NCBI GenBank assembly: GCA_965262715.1
Contig: OZ253553.1
Coordinates: 2,304,001-2,368,000, forward strand
DNA: 64,000 bases
Direction of reading: 5' to 3'
DNA from: Bdellovibrionales bacterium
GTDB taxonomy: Bacteria > Bdellovibrionota > Bdellovibrionia > Bdellovibrionales > JAUICD01
Positions 63,365 through 64,000 of the stretch are shown piece after piece (position 1 is the stretch's first letter; every line of letters begins with the position of its first letter). The position numbers and the translations under genes are program-made. The notes under the pieces were generated by a model. The model was given only the letters and a program-made list of their open reading frames with translations. It did not search any database and was not told the origin of the DNA.

Positions 63365-63709
63365 CTAAAAGAATTTGTATACAAGTGTAAAGATCACCAA
63401 AGATTCAATAAAAGCTAAACCTAAAATCATAGGTGTAAAAATCTTATCCTGAGCCGATGGATTTCTAGCAATACCTTCAAGAGCTGCACTTATAGCTTTA
63501 CCTTGACCAAGTGCTCCTCCAATAGCTGCCAGTCCAAGAGCTATTGCCATAGCAGCACCTTTCCAATCTGGATTGCCACCACTACCTAACATAACATCCA
63601 TCTCTTGAGCTAAAGCTAAAGGGGTTGATAAAAACACTATTAGAAAGCCTGCTAAATAATACGCTTGCTTTAGGATTATTTTTTTAAGTTTTGCCATTTT
63701 TTTCTCCAT
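63365..63709 (-). CDS. atpE: ATP synthase F0 subunit c with N-terminal extension
   Basis: GLAAIGGALGQG, ARNPSA, GLAFIESL (H+-carrying Glu). Confidence 0.95.
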   Translation of the reverse strand: MEKKMAKLKKIILKQAYYLAGFLIVFLSTPLALAQEMDVMLGSGGNPDWKGAAMAIALGLAAIGGALGQGKAISAALEGIARNPSAQDKIFTPMILGLAFIESLVIFTLVYKFF

Positions 63710-63735
63710 TATTTAATTTGTTAGTTATACATTAA

Positions 63736-64000
63736 TTAATGGCTTTCTGCCACTGCCATAGAAACATAAACCATGGAAAGTAGTGTAAAAACCAAAGCTT
63801 GAACAGCACAAACAAAAAGCCCTAAACAATAGAAGATCACAGGGACCCCAATAGGTACTAGTTCCAAAAATGCTCCCAACACTGTATGATCACCTGTCAT
63901 ATTACCCATAAGCCGTAGGCCTAAGGTAAATGGGCGAAATAAGTGAGAGATCACCTCAATAGCAAATAAAAGGGGTGCGATCCACCAAATAGGACCCATA
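63736..64000 (-). CDS. atpB: ATP synthase F0 subunit a (partial, runs off the window)
   Basis: IE.ISH..RP.TLGLRLMGNM.GDH, QALVFTLLSMVY. Confidence 0.95.
   Translation of the reverse strand, partial: MGPIWWIAPLLFAIEVISHLFRPFTLGLRLMGNMTGDHTVLGAFLELVPIGVPVIFYCLGLFVCAVQALVFTLLSMVYVSMAVAESH

Overview
AT-rich bacterial chromosome segment. Gene content and order suggest Bdellovibrionota or a related deltaproteobacteria-like lineage, and the many secreted ankyrin, TPR and RCC1 proteins plus frameshifted genes suggest a host-associated, eroding genome (both inferences). Housekeeping genes: xseA-xseB-ispA, ogt, rho, tRNA-fMet, icmF, hbd, fliA, priA, galU, iscS-like/mnmA, mtaB, rnc, ruvA, atpE, atpB. 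Accessory content: a complete type II-B CRISPR-Cas locus (1644-aa Cas9, cas1, cas2, cas4, Francisella-like tracrRNA, 16 repeats/15 spacers), an AAA-ATPase/RloB pair, a DUF4160/DUF2442 pair, a dead IS1595-family element and an intact IS1634-family element. The most unusual signals are three. (1) The IS1634 element is flanked flush by a 1182-bp direct repeat that duplicates a whole ankyrin gene, which looks like a giant target-site duplication. (2) A dispersed ~150-170-nt multi-stem element with compensatory base changes occurs in at least 4 divergent full versions: one brackets each side of the RloB cassette and one sits upstream of cas9. (3) A 232-bp tandem array built from a gene 3' end plus that element holds a 255-bp insert, creating a new in-frame chimeric membrane peptide. 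All alignments and coordinates were read by eye.
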